Shown here piece after piece: positions 9,542 to 19,006 of a DNA stretch of 64,000 nt; position 1 is the stretch's first letter; every line of letters begins with the position of its first letter. A program made the position numbers and the translations under genes. The DNA comes from Bdellovibrionales bacterium (lineage in GTDB: Bacteria; Bdellovibrionota; Bdellovibrionia; Bdellovibrionales; UBA1609), in NCBI GenBank assembly GCA_019637855.1, contig JAHBUX010000001.1, forward strand, positions 145,337 to 209,336. The letters run 5' to 3'. The notes below the pieces were generated by a model. It was not told where the DNA came from. It made no database searches and saw only the letters and a program-made list of their open reading frames with translations.

Positions 9542-10636
9542 TCAAAGGCCGGCAAAAGTAAATAGAGCAATCCACTCAGCGTGGGCAGAATGAGGAAATT
9601 GATCCACTCCGCGCAGCTGTTCAAGCTTGTAGCCCAGCTGGCGCAGCTTCTCGGCCTCTTGCACGAAGACATCAGTGAAGCAAGACACGTACACCAGCGC
9701 CTGAGGACGTTCGCCTTCAGCCAGCCAATCCAGAACTTGGCGTAGACCGGCGCGGGGAGGATCGACCAGCAAACCACGGCCCTTCAATGCGGGTAAAGTT
9801 TTCGCCTTTAAGTAGGCATCAGCACGTTGAACTTCAAGCGCCAGTTCGGGCCGCTCGGCCTTTGAACGTTCAAGTCCCTGTATCGCGAAGCTATCGAGCT
9901 CAACCGCAGTTACACGCTTCCCGCGCGCCGCTAAGGCCAGCGCAAAATTGCCATTGCCACTGAACAATTCCACCCAATCGCTAAGGCCCGACGCCTCCAC
10001 TTGGCGCGCGACTTCGCTGACCAACGCACGATTGGCCACAAAGCCCGCTTGCGAAAAACCTCCGACCGGCCCGTACAACGGGATCGAACGCATGTTTGCG
10101 TCATAGGTCTCAAACCAAGGTTGCAAAATCGGATCGGTGAGCTTGGGTGCCCCGTCCCTCCACACCAGAGCCTTGCGGCGCTGGCCAATCTCAACAAAGG
10201 CCATCGAACTTAGCCACTGCAGGTAGGTCTTCTCATCAAACAACGTCTTTACATCTTGATTGGCGAAATCGAGCCACACCCCACGCGCGCCCGTGGGCGA
10301 TACGCGCAAGCGCACACTTCCCTTACGCACCGGCGGCTTGCGCTCGCGATAAGCTTTGAAGAAGGCCTCTAATGCGGGAGACATCATCGCGCAGTTCTCT
10401 AGATCCAAAACTTCGCGCTTCGCCAGAGCGTAGAGACCCAAGCGCCCGTCTTCCCAAATCAGATCTACGCGATCGCGTAGCCCTAGAGAGGGCGTGTCGG
10501 CAAAAGCGATCTCCTTGGAGAGAGCTTTCAACTCGGCAAGCTTCATCGCTCTTTGTTCAAGAAGTGGACGTGTGCCGAGGGCACAACCTCCACACTCTCC
10601 CAATTGAGAGCAAAACCGTGGTGAATTTTCACTCAT
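9542..10636 (-). CDS. RNA (uracil-5-)-methyltransferase, RumA/TrmA family
   Basis: N-terminal Cys cluster (CSQLGECGGC), SAM-binding VELFSGNGNFALALA, DPPRAGL and the catalytic-Cys motif VYVSCF. Confidence 0.7.
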   Translation of the reverse strand: MSENSPRFCSQLGECGGCALGTRPLLEQRAMKLAELKALSKEIAFADTPSLGLRDRVDLIWEDGRLGLYALAKREVLDLENCAMMSPALEAFFKAYRERKPPVRKGSVRLRVSPTGARGVWLDFANQDVKTLFDEKTYLQWLSSMAFVEIGQRRKALVWRDGAPKLTDPILQPWFETYDANMRSIPLYGPVGGFSQAGFVANRALVSEVARQVEASGLSDWVELFSGNGNFALALAARGKRVTAVELDSFAIQGLERSKAERPELALEVQRADAYLKAKTLPALKGRGLLVDPPRAGLRQVLDWLAEGERPQALVYVSCFTDVFVQEAEKLRQLGYKLEQLRGVDQFPHSAHAEWIALFTFAGL

Positions 10637-10966
10637 GCGATCATCCAGGTAACAGGGCTTAGAAGCACTTGGTCGACTGAGATTCTAAGCGAGGGTTTAT
10701 ATTCAGATCGCTTATACACCAAGGGCGCCAATTTTCAGCCGAGGAGACGTGTTTCGGGCCTGTTGATTTTTCAAAGCCACCCTAGAAACATTTTAGGGGC
10801 AATTGACGCGAAACATGCACTGGTTCACAACTTGCTTTCCTTACACGCGGAACGTTGGTAGAAGCAGCACGTTTGTTGAATAGAACTTCTTGAGTCCTCG
10901 CGGCGGGCGCTTTCCCCCTCCCCCCTAAGAAAGTCGAAGTCGTCAAAAACTTCTAAGCACGTCGCA

Positions 10967-10988
10967 GGGACCTCAAGGGGTCCTTTTT
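10967..10988 (+). terminator. short plus-strand terminator-like hairpin with no annotated plus-strand gene upstream
   Basis: GGACC(10968-10972)-TCAAGG-GGTCC(10979-10983)-TTTTT(10984-10988). The T-run is only on the plus strand. The stem is only 5-6 bp. Confidence 0.3.
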
Positions 10989-12030
10989 AGTTTTCGCCCT
11001 TACTCTCTGTAGTCACCGGAAATAACTGAATATTGAGCTGGAACACGCGATTGCCCTTAATGGCCTTGCGGGCCACGCCCACATCCTTTGCCCAGCGTTT
11101 GCGGAATTGCCGCAGTTCGAATTTGAGCACTTCAAACTCATCCTCGGTCAGTGCCATCGTTTGGGCGCCGATCTCGCGATCCTGCGGTTGATCTTGGAAG
11201 AGGGATTCTAAACCTAAATAAATAAGCTCGGCTTGGAGCTTGCGCACCAATGCCACAGGCACGCTCTCAGAGCCGCTCATCAGCTCGCGCCCCTTGCCGA
11301 TCTCTCCGGTTAAGGGGTCCTTGGTGAGCTCACCTGAAGCCAACAGGCGTTCAAGGCTGCGGCGAATCTCGTCGGGGCGGGCCTTCCCGCGCATCATCTC
11401 GAATAGGCGATCAGGCTCGAACTTCACCCCGGCCTGATCGGTCAGTGCGTATAAAACCCAGGTGACCCAACCGGGGACTTTCTCCCAGGTCTCCGCGTTG
11501 ATCTCACCGCTCTTAAGCTGCTGGCGCACGCGCAAGTCCGACAGCACCTTAAGGCAGCGGTTACGTTCCAGCGGTTCAATTGCCTGCGTGTACTCGACCA
11601 GAGCTAGAAACTCTTCGGTCTCTTCTTTGCCCATACCAAGGCCACGCGCAAATTTCTTGGCCATGTCGATGGAGAGATTGCGCTGTCCTTCGATGATCAG
11701 CTTCAAATAGTTAGGAGAGCGAATATTGGCAGCGGCGGAAAATGTGCCGTAGCCATAAGGTCTCAGCTCACCTTTGGTGATTTCGCGTTTGTAATCGTAA
11801 AACTCTTTGAGAAAAACACGGTAATCGGTAAAGGCGTTCAAACGCGGAGCGACCGGAACATTGGGGCGGCCTTCAGAACTGGGCGCGCTGACTTCTTTAG
11901 GTGTAATTTCCACGTTGTGATCCTTGACGCCATTTTTCCCGGCCTCTCGGAAAATTACAACCCCTTGACGGCTTGCACGATCACTTCGCGGTCTGAACAG
12001 GTCCCTGTAGCTCGGGACGCGTGGGCTCAA
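10987..12030 (-). CDS. TIGR02147/DUF4423-like protein (putative DNA-binding, family of unknown function)
   Basis: The segment FLKEFYDYKRE...FSAAANIRSPNYLKLIIEGQRNLSIDMAKKFARGLG matches my recollection of that family. The annotated N-terminus overlaps the upstream gene by 50 nt, so the true start may be an internal GTG (..NVEITPK). Confidence 0.5.
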   Translation of the reverse strand: MSPRVPSYRDLFRPRSDRASRQGVVIFREAGKNGVKDHNVEITPKEVSAPSSEGRPNVPVAPRLNAFTDYRVFLKEFYDYKREITKGELRPYGYGTFSAAANIRSPNYLKLIIEGQRNLSIDMAKKFARGLGMGKEETEEFLALVEYTQAIEPLERNRCLKVLSDLRVRQQLKSGEINAETWEKVPGWVTWVLYALTDQAGVKFEPDRLFEMMRGKARPDEIRRSLERLLASGELTKDPLTGEIGKGRELMSGSESVPVALVRKLQAELIYLGLESLFQDQPQDREIGAQTMALTEDEFEVLKFELRQFRKRWAKDVGVARKAIKGNRVFQLNIQLFPVTTESKGEN

Positions 12031-13405
12031 ACAGAGTCGATATGCTAAAACGCGTGTGAGAATTGGGTTTACCTTTAAAAACCAATTGCAAATTCAGATT
12101 TCCGCCACCGTCATTGGCGATCAAATGAGCCGTATGTATACCAACTGCTTCTTCGACGTGCAGTTTGTTTGGCCAAACCGGGCGCTCACCCGAAACCACC
12201 AAGGGGCCTTTGATCACTAAACGCGAGTTTTGTGAGTTGGGATCATTATCTTTATCGATAGCGGCAAACTCAAAACCGGCGCGGCCATAAGCAATGGCGA
12301 ATGTACGTATAGCAAAAGCTTTGGCCGCCGGAAGCAGTAGCTGATTGCGTTGGCCACCACATTGTTGCTCAAGGCGCTTCACGCGGCACTGGTCCATCTT
12401 GCGACCGGCACGTTTCACCTCATAGAGAGCGGCCATACAGCTATTGTTGACCGTGTTGGCAAAATACTGAGCGAGAATCGCATGATTGCGATTTTGAATG
12501 GTGCGGACGGAGAGCTGATCTTGCTCAGCGACTTGCACATGGGCCGAACCAAAACGATGCACGACGTGAGCCTCGGTACCAATCATGCCTCTTTTTGTGA
12601 GACGCTGAATGGTGATCATGGTGTTCTCACAACCGCCGTTCAAATCCGCGCAAGTGATGCGACCGGCGAAACGACCGGCGTTTTGCCCTTCGGTCTGACG
12701 CAGCTGAGTGTTCACGCGGCCGCCCGCACTCTTGGCGCGCATCTGACCGCGCATGGCAATGGCGGCGAATTGACCAGGTTTGTATTCGAAATTAAAACGT
12801 ACTTCTACGGCGCCTGAGCTATTGATGTCGGTAAAAGCGCTCACGTCGTCTAAACGATTGGCGAAGACGCGGTTTTCATCTTGAGTTTCCGCACCGAGAG
12901 CGTGCACTTGGTCAATGGCCAGATTTAACAAACCATCGCGGCTGGCATCGGTGTACTGAAACTGCTCGCGACCGCCACCGGTCACTTTGGGCGCTTGCGC
13001 AGGCATATAAGGCAAACCCGGAAACCAATTCTTGTCGTTACGCCCCCAAGCCGACCCGCAGGGCTCCGCCAATTGCGGAGGCTGATTGTCTACAGGTGCT
13101 GTCGTGACCGGTGGGGGCACATCGCCCATGCTCATCGGTGCATCGGGAGCATCTGGAGATTCAGGTAAAGGCAGCGGAGTATTTTTAGCGCGTGGTTTGA
13201 CGATGGTTTGCGTATCTTCTTCGTCTGCGTCGGCCTGAGCAGCGGGGGCGCCATCGGTATCCGCAGGAACGGTGGGCACTTGCGCCTTCACGGCGGCGGC
13301 CGCCGTGCTACGCGGGATCTGCAAATTCGAACGTTTTTGCGTGCACGCCGTAAGCGTGAGCAGCGATAAAACAAGCAGGTGAAAGGCCAACCGTAAACGC
13401 GACAT
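11981..13405 (-). CDS. lipoprotein with Pro/Ala-rich linker, unknown function
   Basis: ATG 13405 is preceded by GGAGA with a 6-nt spacer. Lipobox LLTLTAC, then a P/A/D-rich linker, then a ~330-aa C-terminal domain. Confidence 0.65.
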   Translation of the reverse strand: MSRLRLAFHLLVLSLLTLTACTQKRSNLQIPRSTAAAAVKAQVPTVPADTDGAPAAQADADEEDTQTIVKPRAKNTPLPLPESPDAPDAPMSMGDVPPPVTTAPVDNQPPQLAEPCGSAWGRNDKNWFPGLPYMPAQAPKVTGGGREQFQYTDASRDGLLNLAIDQVHALGAETQDENRVFANRLDDVSAFTDINSSGAVEVRFNFEYKPGQFAAIAMRGQMRAKSAGGRVNTQLRQTEGQNAGRFAGRITCADLNGGCENTMITIQRLTKRGMIGTEAHVVHRFGSAHVQVAEQDQLSVRTIQNRNHAILAQYFANTVNNSCMAALYEVKRAGRKMDQCRVKRLEQQCGGQRNQLLLPAAKAFAIRTFAIAYGRAGFEFAAIDKDNDPNSQNSRLVIKGPLVVSGERPVWPNKLHVEEAVGIHTAHLIANDGGGNLNLQLVFKGKPNSHTRFSISTLFEPTRPELQGPVQTAK

Positions 13406-13697
13406 ATATATCTCCAACTCGGTGGCAAATCAGAGCAAGCCCGAGACCAAGGTGCTCTACGCTATATTGGATTCTATTCTGTCACGGTGACGGAAATGGG
13501 CACTTGGGCTCGAAATTAAGCGTCTTTGCTGCAGGAGCGGCATCCACATTGGTGGTGATCAACAGGTAAATGCCCAGTAAAAGTAAAAAGGCCCAAGCTC
13601 GTAACGTCATACGCGGCTCTCCAGCAGCACGAGCTATGCCAGTGTAGGCGCGGATTTAACAAGCTTTTAAAGCTTTCTTGTAGACATTCTTCGGCGC

Positions 13698-15368
13698 TCA
13701 TTCGCCATCTTCTTGCGGCGGTGCCAACAGGGTTTCAATTCCACCCTCGGGTGACGAGTCGCCGGAGTCTTCACAAACAGGAACAAGTCCCTGCTCTTTC
13801 AGAATACGGGTAGCGATCTCGAGATTACGGGCATGATGGGGTTCAGCCGGCTTTACGCGATAGGCTTCGCATAGGTACTGATAGCCGCGCTCATAATCCT
13901 TAAGCTCGATCATGCTGGTGCCGATGCTGGCGAGGAAACTTGAATACGCGGTCGGTTGCGTGCGTTCGAGATTTTCGAGATCCAAGCTGTCGAGATGGGC
14001 ATCGAGCTCTGTGACTTTGAAATGATTCCCCGCATGCAGATAGCAGTAGGCTTGATTACCCAAGGCTAAAATGTCATTCGGGCGAGCTTTGAGCGCCACC
14101 TCGGTCCAACGCACACCCTCTTCGTACTCCTTGAGGTCCTGACACATCACAATCGACATACCGATGCCGCTTGAATACGAGTGCGGCGCGTAGCTAGCCA
14201 TATCTTTGAAGAAAGCTTCGTCAGAAGTCCACACTTGCACCCGCCAAAAGCTCACGACCAAAAACGCCAAAAGCACGACCGTACCGAGTATATAGAACGG
14301 TCGGTGCCAACGGACCAATCGATCGGCGCTCCACACAACTCCAGCGGCAACAGCGGCCATGGCAAGATAGTGATAGTGATCGGCGGGGGTCGAAATCTTT
14401 TGAAAGGCGAAGGACACAAGGCCGCTCACCGGCAGCAGCAAAAGCAGCCAGGCAGCAATGACTGGCAAAATGCGGCGGTCTTTACGGAACGCCCAGCCAG
14501 CAAAGCTAACGAGCGCCGCCAAGAAGATCAGCGCTGGAATAAGTGTGCGGGTTTGTGAAAGCACATACTCCGGCGTACGCGCATAATTGGCCGAGAGCGG
14601 CCACGGCCATAGGAGACCGCGCACATAAAACGCGAAGGTATCAAGCATGATCCAAGGGCGCTGCCACCACTCGACGCTGGGAATATGATCCGCTTGCGCC
14701 GCACGCGTTTGATAAATCGCCGCCAGGCTGAAAAGCAACCAGATCGCCAAACGTGGATACAACTGACGGATAGACTGACGACGTAAAAATAAATCGAACA
14801 GCGCGAACAACACTGGCAGAACAACCACACTGGGTTTGGAGAGCAGCGCCAAGACGAAAAAAACGGTAGCTAAGATAAAACTGCGCCAGCGCTCGTCGCG
14901 AAAGTAAAAACACACGGCGATCAGAGTGAAGAATGCTGACAGGGCATCGCGACCACCTGAGATCCATGCCACGGTTTCTACCTGCAAAGGATGCAGAGCG
15001 AACAAGGCGGTGCCCAGGATGGCGGGCCACAACGTGTTTAATTTCCAACGCGTAGAAAGTGAGCGCAGAAGGACAAATACCAAACCGACATTGGCCAAAT
15101 GCAAGTACAGGTTCAGCGCGCGATACGGCCAGAAAGCGCCGTTGCTGTACGTGTAAATCACCTGCCATACAAAACTGGTCACAGGGACATAGAGACCGAA
15201 ATAGGCGGATTGCCAGAACGTAAGCCACCAGCCAGCGCGAAAGTACGGGTTGTTAAAGATATTGGAGTCATCATCCCACGTAAGCGGTGGCGCCGACCAC
15301 AGTGTAGCGAACACGGCGGCGGTACCAACAACGATAAGTAAGAAGACGACACGCTGATATTTAGTCAC
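13698..15368 (-). CDS. GT-C-fold membrane protein with C-terminal TPR repeats (TMTC/PMT_2-like glycosyltransferase candidate)
   Basis: About 11 TM helices, a first periplasmic loop WDDDSNIFNNPYF and a TPR-like C-terminus. A GTG start at 15368 is chosen because the 123-aa N-terminal extension in the ORF track is basic, non-membrane and overlaps the divergent tam gene. Confidence 0.7.
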   Translation of the reverse strand: MTKYQRVVFLLIVVGTAAVFATLWSAPPLTWDDDSNIFNNPYFRAGWWLTFWQSAYFGLYVPVTSFVWQVIYTYSNGAFWPYRALNLYLHLANVGLVFVLLRSLSTRWKLNTLWPAILGTALFALHPLQVETVAWISGGRDALSAFFTLIAVCFYFRDERWRSFILATVFFVLALLSKPSVVVLPVLFALFDLFLRRQSIRQLYPRLAIWLLFSLAAIYQTRAAQADHIPSVEWWQRPWIMLDTFAFYVRGLLWPWPLSANYARTPEYVLSQTRTLIPALIFLAALVSFAGWAFRKDRRILPVIAAWLLLLLPVSGLVSFAFQKISTPADHYHYLAMAAVAAGVVWSADRLVRWHRPFYILGTVVLLAFLVVSFWRVQVWTSDEAFFKDMASYAPHSYSSGIGMSIVMCQDLKEYEEGVRWTEVALKARPNDILALGNQAYCYLHAGNHFKVTELDAHLDSLDLENLERTQPTAYSSFLASIGTSMIELKDYERGYQYLCEAYRVKPAEPHHARNLEIATRILKEQGLVPVCEDSGDSSPEGGIETLLAPPQEDGE

Positions 15369-15391
15369 TCTATCTCTAAGGCTGTCATGAG

Positions 15392-16177
15392 TTGCATCTT
15401 CCGGCAAGAAGGGACAGTATTCCTGCCGTGGATGCTTGGAATCCGAATCAGTACAATCGTTTTCAGAGCGAACGTTCGCAACCCTTCTGGGATTTGGCCG
15501 CGTTGGTTGATCCGGGAGGTGTGAATCGCTGGTTAGATGTGGGCTGTGGCACCGGCGAGCTAACCCGCGCTTTACATGACCTACGCTCCATCCCCTATAC
15601 GCTCGGCATTGACTCTTCCGATAAAATGCTCGCAGAGGCGCGTAAAACCGCAACACCCAATCTGTTTTTTCAGACAGCGCAGATCGAATCCTTTCAACCG
15701 GAAGGGCCATTTGACGTGGTTTTTTCGAATGCGGCACTCCAATGGGTCGAAGATCATCGCGAACTCTTCCCCCGGCTGTTGAACTGGTTGGCGCCGCAAG
15801 GTCAGCTGGCCGTGCAAATGCCTGTCAACTTCGACCATCCCTCGCATATTTTAGCTGAACGCGTGGGTGAGAAGTTCGGCCTAAAGGTTCGGCGCACACC
15901 CGTGCTCGCGCCCGAAGAGTACGCCCAGCTGTTTTGGCAAAGGGGCCTACGTGATATTCAGATTTTCGTGAAAGTCTATTTGCATCCGCTGGACTCGGCC
16001 CGCGAAGTGATCGAGTGGACGCGCGGCACTCTTCTGACTTTCTATGAGAGGCAAATGGATGATGCCGGCTTCAAAGATTTCTTGCGCGTGTACTCTGAAT
16101 CCTTCTTACGATTGACCGGCGAAGGACCCTACCTCTATCCGTTCAAACGACTTTTGATTCGCGCCCGCAAGCCCTAA
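15392..16177 (+). CDS. tam: trans-aconitate 2-methyltransferase-like class I SAM methyltransferase
   Basis: WNPNQYNRFQSERSQPFWDL N-terminus and SAM motif LDVGCGTGELT. The start may be GTG 15428. Confidence 0.75.
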   Translation: MHLPARRDSIPAVDAWNPNQYNRFQSERSQPFWDLAALVDPGGVNRWLDVGCGTGELTRALHDLRSIPYTLGIDSSDKMLAEARKTATPNLFFQTAQIESFQPEGPFDVVFSNAALQWVEDHRELFPRLLNWLAPQGQLAVQMPVNFDHPSHILAERVGEKFGLKVRRTPVLAPEEYAQLFWQRGLRDIQIFVKVYLHPLDSAREVIEWTRGTLLTFYERQMDDAGFKDFLRVYSESFLRLTGEGPYLYPFKRLLIRARKP

Positions 16178-16188
16178 GCGGCCACACA

Positions 16189-17397
16189 TCAATCCCAAAA
16201 GGCACCGGAGAGTTTCTCGCAAGATTTGCGAGCGTAGATTTGGCGGGCTTGCACATGCACGGCCTCACCCGCCTGCGGCCATTGACAGGCGATCATCACA
16301 TGTTTTTGTGACTGAATATCACTGGCGGTCCACGCCACCTTCAGACCTGAGGGCAAGGCCACCTCGCCCTCGGGCGTGAAAACCAAAGCGCGTTCTTTGA
16401 CACGAAAACGACTGCGTGACTTCAACTGTTCGACGATCTCTTTCCAGGCGGGAGTCTTGGTCACGTCGACGGTCAGCTCCCAGTGTGTCGGTGCTTCCAC
16501 ATCGAGTTCTTTCAATGTGCGTTTCAAAGCCAGCTGGCCTTCAGCGCTCTTTGAGATCCCCAAGTTGTCGGCGTAGTCGTTCAAGCTGGTGCTGAACCAC
16601 TCGACTAAGCTCTCTACGCCAGGGTCTTCAACGGACCCGACCACGGGCAGTGCCACCGACTCGCGCACTCGGTCTAAGACATGAATCTGCTCTTGCAACG
16701 GCAGTTTATCAAAGGCACGCCATAGAGCTGCAGCCAGTAGCGGGCGGAACCCCCATACAGCTTCGCCATCAGTGGGGGGATCCGGCAATTGACACAGGCG
16801 ATAGTGCGCCAAAGAGCGAAAGGGCGACTGACAGTACTGATTCAACGATGGCGCGGCGGTGGGGAACTTAACGTCATGGCGCAAAGAATAGCCGTCATGC
16901 AAAACGCCATCTTGATAAACAGCCAAGAGAAGAAAATCGGCCAACACTTCCATTTGAAACTGATTGTAAACTCCGTCACGCTTGAGCAGCGCCATCACCA
17001 GCGCACGACGCACTTGCACAGAATCACTCAACCACTCGAGGCCCAACCGCAACGCGCGAGGCGCGATTTCAAAAGCACGTGGATCACGCCGACTGAGCTC
17101 AACGGTCAGCGACGGGCCATCGCCTTTGAACAAAGTGGCCAGCGGTTCTAATACCTCCAACTGGCGCAGCTGATCGATATGTTCGCGGGTCAGTGGCGAG
17201 GTCAGGGTGCGTAGGTTCAAGCGGCTCTCGGCACTGCAGTTGTCGACCTGAATACCGTCCACCAGCACATGGGCGATGAAAGAGGAACTGATGCAGGTCT
17301 CCCGCACCTGGAGCGCGCGATGGGCCACCCAACACAACAGCACAAAGCTGAAGATGGTGAGGGCGCGGGCCATGGATTCCAGGGTCGAGGTTTTCAA
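16189..17397 (-). CDS. hypothetical membrane-anchored protein
   Basis: 402-aa ORF with a single N-terminal TM helix (ALTIFSFVLLCWV). No recognised motif. Confidence 0.6.
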   Translation of the reverse strand: MKTSTLESMARALTIFSFVLLCWVAHRALQVRETCISSSFIAHVLVDGIQVDNCSAESRLNLRTLTSPLTREHIDQLRQLEVLEPLATLFKGDGPSLTVELSRRDPRAFEIAPRALRLGLEWLSDSVQVRRALVMALLKRDGVYNQFQMEVLADFLLLAVYQDGVLHDGYSLRHDVKFPTAAPSLNQYCQSPFRSLAHYRLCQLPDPPTDGEAVWGFRPLLAAALWRAFDKLPLQEQIHVLDRVRESVALPVVGSVEDPGVESLVEWFSTSLNDYADNLGISKSAEGQLALKRTLKELDVEAPTHWELTVDVTKTPAWKEIVEQLKSRSRFRVKERALVFTPEGEVALPSGLKVAWTASDIQSQKHVMIACQWPQAGEAVHVQARQIYARKSCEKLSGAFWD

Positions 17398-17726
17398 ATC
17401 AGCCGCCAGTAATGAGTGGATATAACCCCTTTTGCCTAATCAAAAATCAGGCCTAGAACACAGACAACGCAGTGCCTCCGCAGGGTTAAAGACGTGGAAA
17501 TTTTTCCGGGACCGTATAGCGAAAGGGCGATTTCGTACCCTCGCTTCTATTCCATTGGTTTACGACTGGCCCGGCTTTCGCAAACCCAGAGGGGTATGAA
17601 TACGCTTGAAATTAAAAATCTATTGCCGCTTTCGATCCTGCTCCTGGCCATCTTTTTGGCCAACGCGACAGCCAAGACCGCAGTTCTGGAGACCCTGTCG
17701 CATCAGTTCTTTTCGCAGGCGAAACG

Positions 17727-18635
17727 CTAGGTCACTAGCCTTGGTACCCCCGCCTCCGCCGTGCGCGAAGGCAGTTTATGCCCGATCTCTTCTTGCATCC
17801 GGGCCGAATAACTCAACAGCTTGTTAAGATCCACTCCAGTTTTCAACCCCATGCCTTCCAACATGTAAACCAGGTCGTCGGTAGCGAGATTGCCGCTGGC
17901 GCCTTTGGCGTAAGGACAACCGCCTAGGCCACCAAAGCTTGAGTCAAAGACCTCAACGCCGGCCTCGAGACTCGCCAACACATTGGCCAAAGCCGTGCCG
18001 CGAGTGTCGTGAAAATGCATGGCCACTTTGGTGAGTGGTAAGCGGCTCTTCAGTTTCTTGAGCAGAGAGCGCACCTGTTTAGGTGTGGCCACACCGATAG
18101 TGTCCCCGATCGAAATCTCATGCACGCCAAGCTTAGCCAGTTTCAAAATCAAATCGATCACACGTTTTTCCGGCACAGCGCCCTCGTAGGGACAACCGAA
18201 GGCCACGCTAAGATAGGCGCGCACTTTGCGCTTGTGTTTGCGGGCCATCGCAATGACCTGCTCGAAGCGCTCAAAACTCTCCGCGATCGTGCAGTTGATG
18301 TTTTTCTTAGAAAACGATTCCGTGCAGGCGCCGAAGATCGCCACTTCTTTGAGTGGGGTGGTCAGCGCGTCGAGCATGCCTTTGACGTTGGGAACCAGCG
18401 CCGAAAACTGAACGGTCTTAGCGAACTCGTCGCGCCGGCGATAGATCTCAGTGACCAATTGCAGGCTGCCCTCCATTTGCGGTACCCACTTGGGCGATAC
18501 AAAGGCGCCAACCTCAATGCGCTTGAGCCCGCTGGCTGACAAGTGCTTGATAAATTCAAAGCGTTGCTCGGGTGTGAGCGTGCGTTTTTCGTTTTGTAGG
18601 CCATCGCGCGGGCCGACTTCGACGATCTCGATCAT
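17727..18635 (-). CDS. liuE: hydroxymethylglutaryl-CoA lyase
   Basis: IEIVEVGPRDGLQNE N-terminus and HFHDTRGTALAN metal-binding motif. Its ATG overlaps the upstream TGA (ATGA at 18632-18635). Confidence 0.9.
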   Translation of the reverse strand: MIEIVEVGPRDGLQNEKRTLTPEQRFEFIKHLSASGLKRIEVGAFVSPKWVPQMEGSLQLVTEIYRRRDEFAKTVQFSALVPNVKGMLDALTTPLKEVAIFGACTESFSKKNINCTIAESFERFEQVIAMARKHKRKVRAYLSVAFGCPYEGAVPEKRVIDLILKLAKLGVHEISIGDTIGVATPKQVRSLLKKLKSRLPLTKVAMHFHDTRGTALANVLASLEAGVEVFDSSFGGLGGCPYAKGASGNLATDDLVYMLEGMGLKTGVDLNKLLSYSARMQEEIGHKLPSRTAEAGVPRLVT

Positions 18636-19006
18636 GCCTCACCTACTCGTACCAAAACTTCGCCCAGACCGACCTGCATGCCGGTTTGCACGTTGACCTC
18701 GGTCACCTGACCTTCGCGGTCCGCCTCCAGAGTGTACTCCATCTTCATGGCTTCCATAACCACCAGAGCTTGGCCTTTGCTCACGCGGTCGCCATTTTTA
18801 ACACCGACACGGGTGATCTTTCCCGGCATAGGAGCCGCAATGACTCCCGGATGACTCTTGCCTTTATCCGAGCCCGCACGGCGCGAGCCGCCACCAACGT
18901 CAAACGCAAACGTCTCGCCTTGCCAGTGCACCCAAAGTTTACCTTGCGACTTCACGGCCGGTACACGCAGTCGACGGCCTTGAAATTCAACTTCGATCCA
19001 CTTCAT
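18632..19006 (-). CDS. stand-alone biotin carboxyl carrier (BCCP/biotinyl-lipoyl) protein of methylcrotonyl-CoA carboxylase
   Basis: 124 aa from ATG 19006 (MKWIEVEF...). Biotinylation motif VVMEAMKMEY. The ATG overlaps the TGA of the biotin carboxylase gene (ATGA at 19003-19006). Confidence 0.8.
   Translation of the reverse strand: MKWIEVEFQGRRLRVPAVKSQGKLWVHWQGETFAFDVGGGSRRAGSDKGKSHPGVIAAPMPGKITRVGVKNGDRVSKGQALVVMEAMKMEYTLEADREGQVTEVNVQTGMQVGLGEVLVRVGEA

Noticed and set aside
8834-9565. A 243-aa plus-strand ORF. The same applies to the ORFs at 20333-21265 (310 aa), 21487-22464 (325 aa) and 19102-19584.
   Set aside because: They are antisense to genes with unambiguous motifs (ABC ATPase, crotonase, carboxyltransferase, biotin carboxylase). 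Their His/Arg-rich products are typical of antisense frames.
10846-10876. GGTAGAAGCAGCAC, which resembles the GGAAGCAGC core of SRP (4.5S) RNA.
   Set aside because: The flanks cannot be folded into the long SRP hairpin, and the conserved GGAA tetraloop context is absent.
15369-15737. A 123-aa N-terminal extension of the GT-C/TPR ORF.
   Set aside because: It is basic and non-membrane, and it overlaps the divergent tam gene by ~350 nt. GTG 15368 immediately precedes the first TM helix.
17494-17730. A 78-aa plus-strand ORF (or its 44-aa internal version, MNTLEIKNLL...) in the gap after liuE.
   Set aside because: The RBS spacing is poor (GAGGGG 1-2 nt from the ATG), and the ORF overlaps the liuE stop region. 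It is kept out of the feature list for lack of support.
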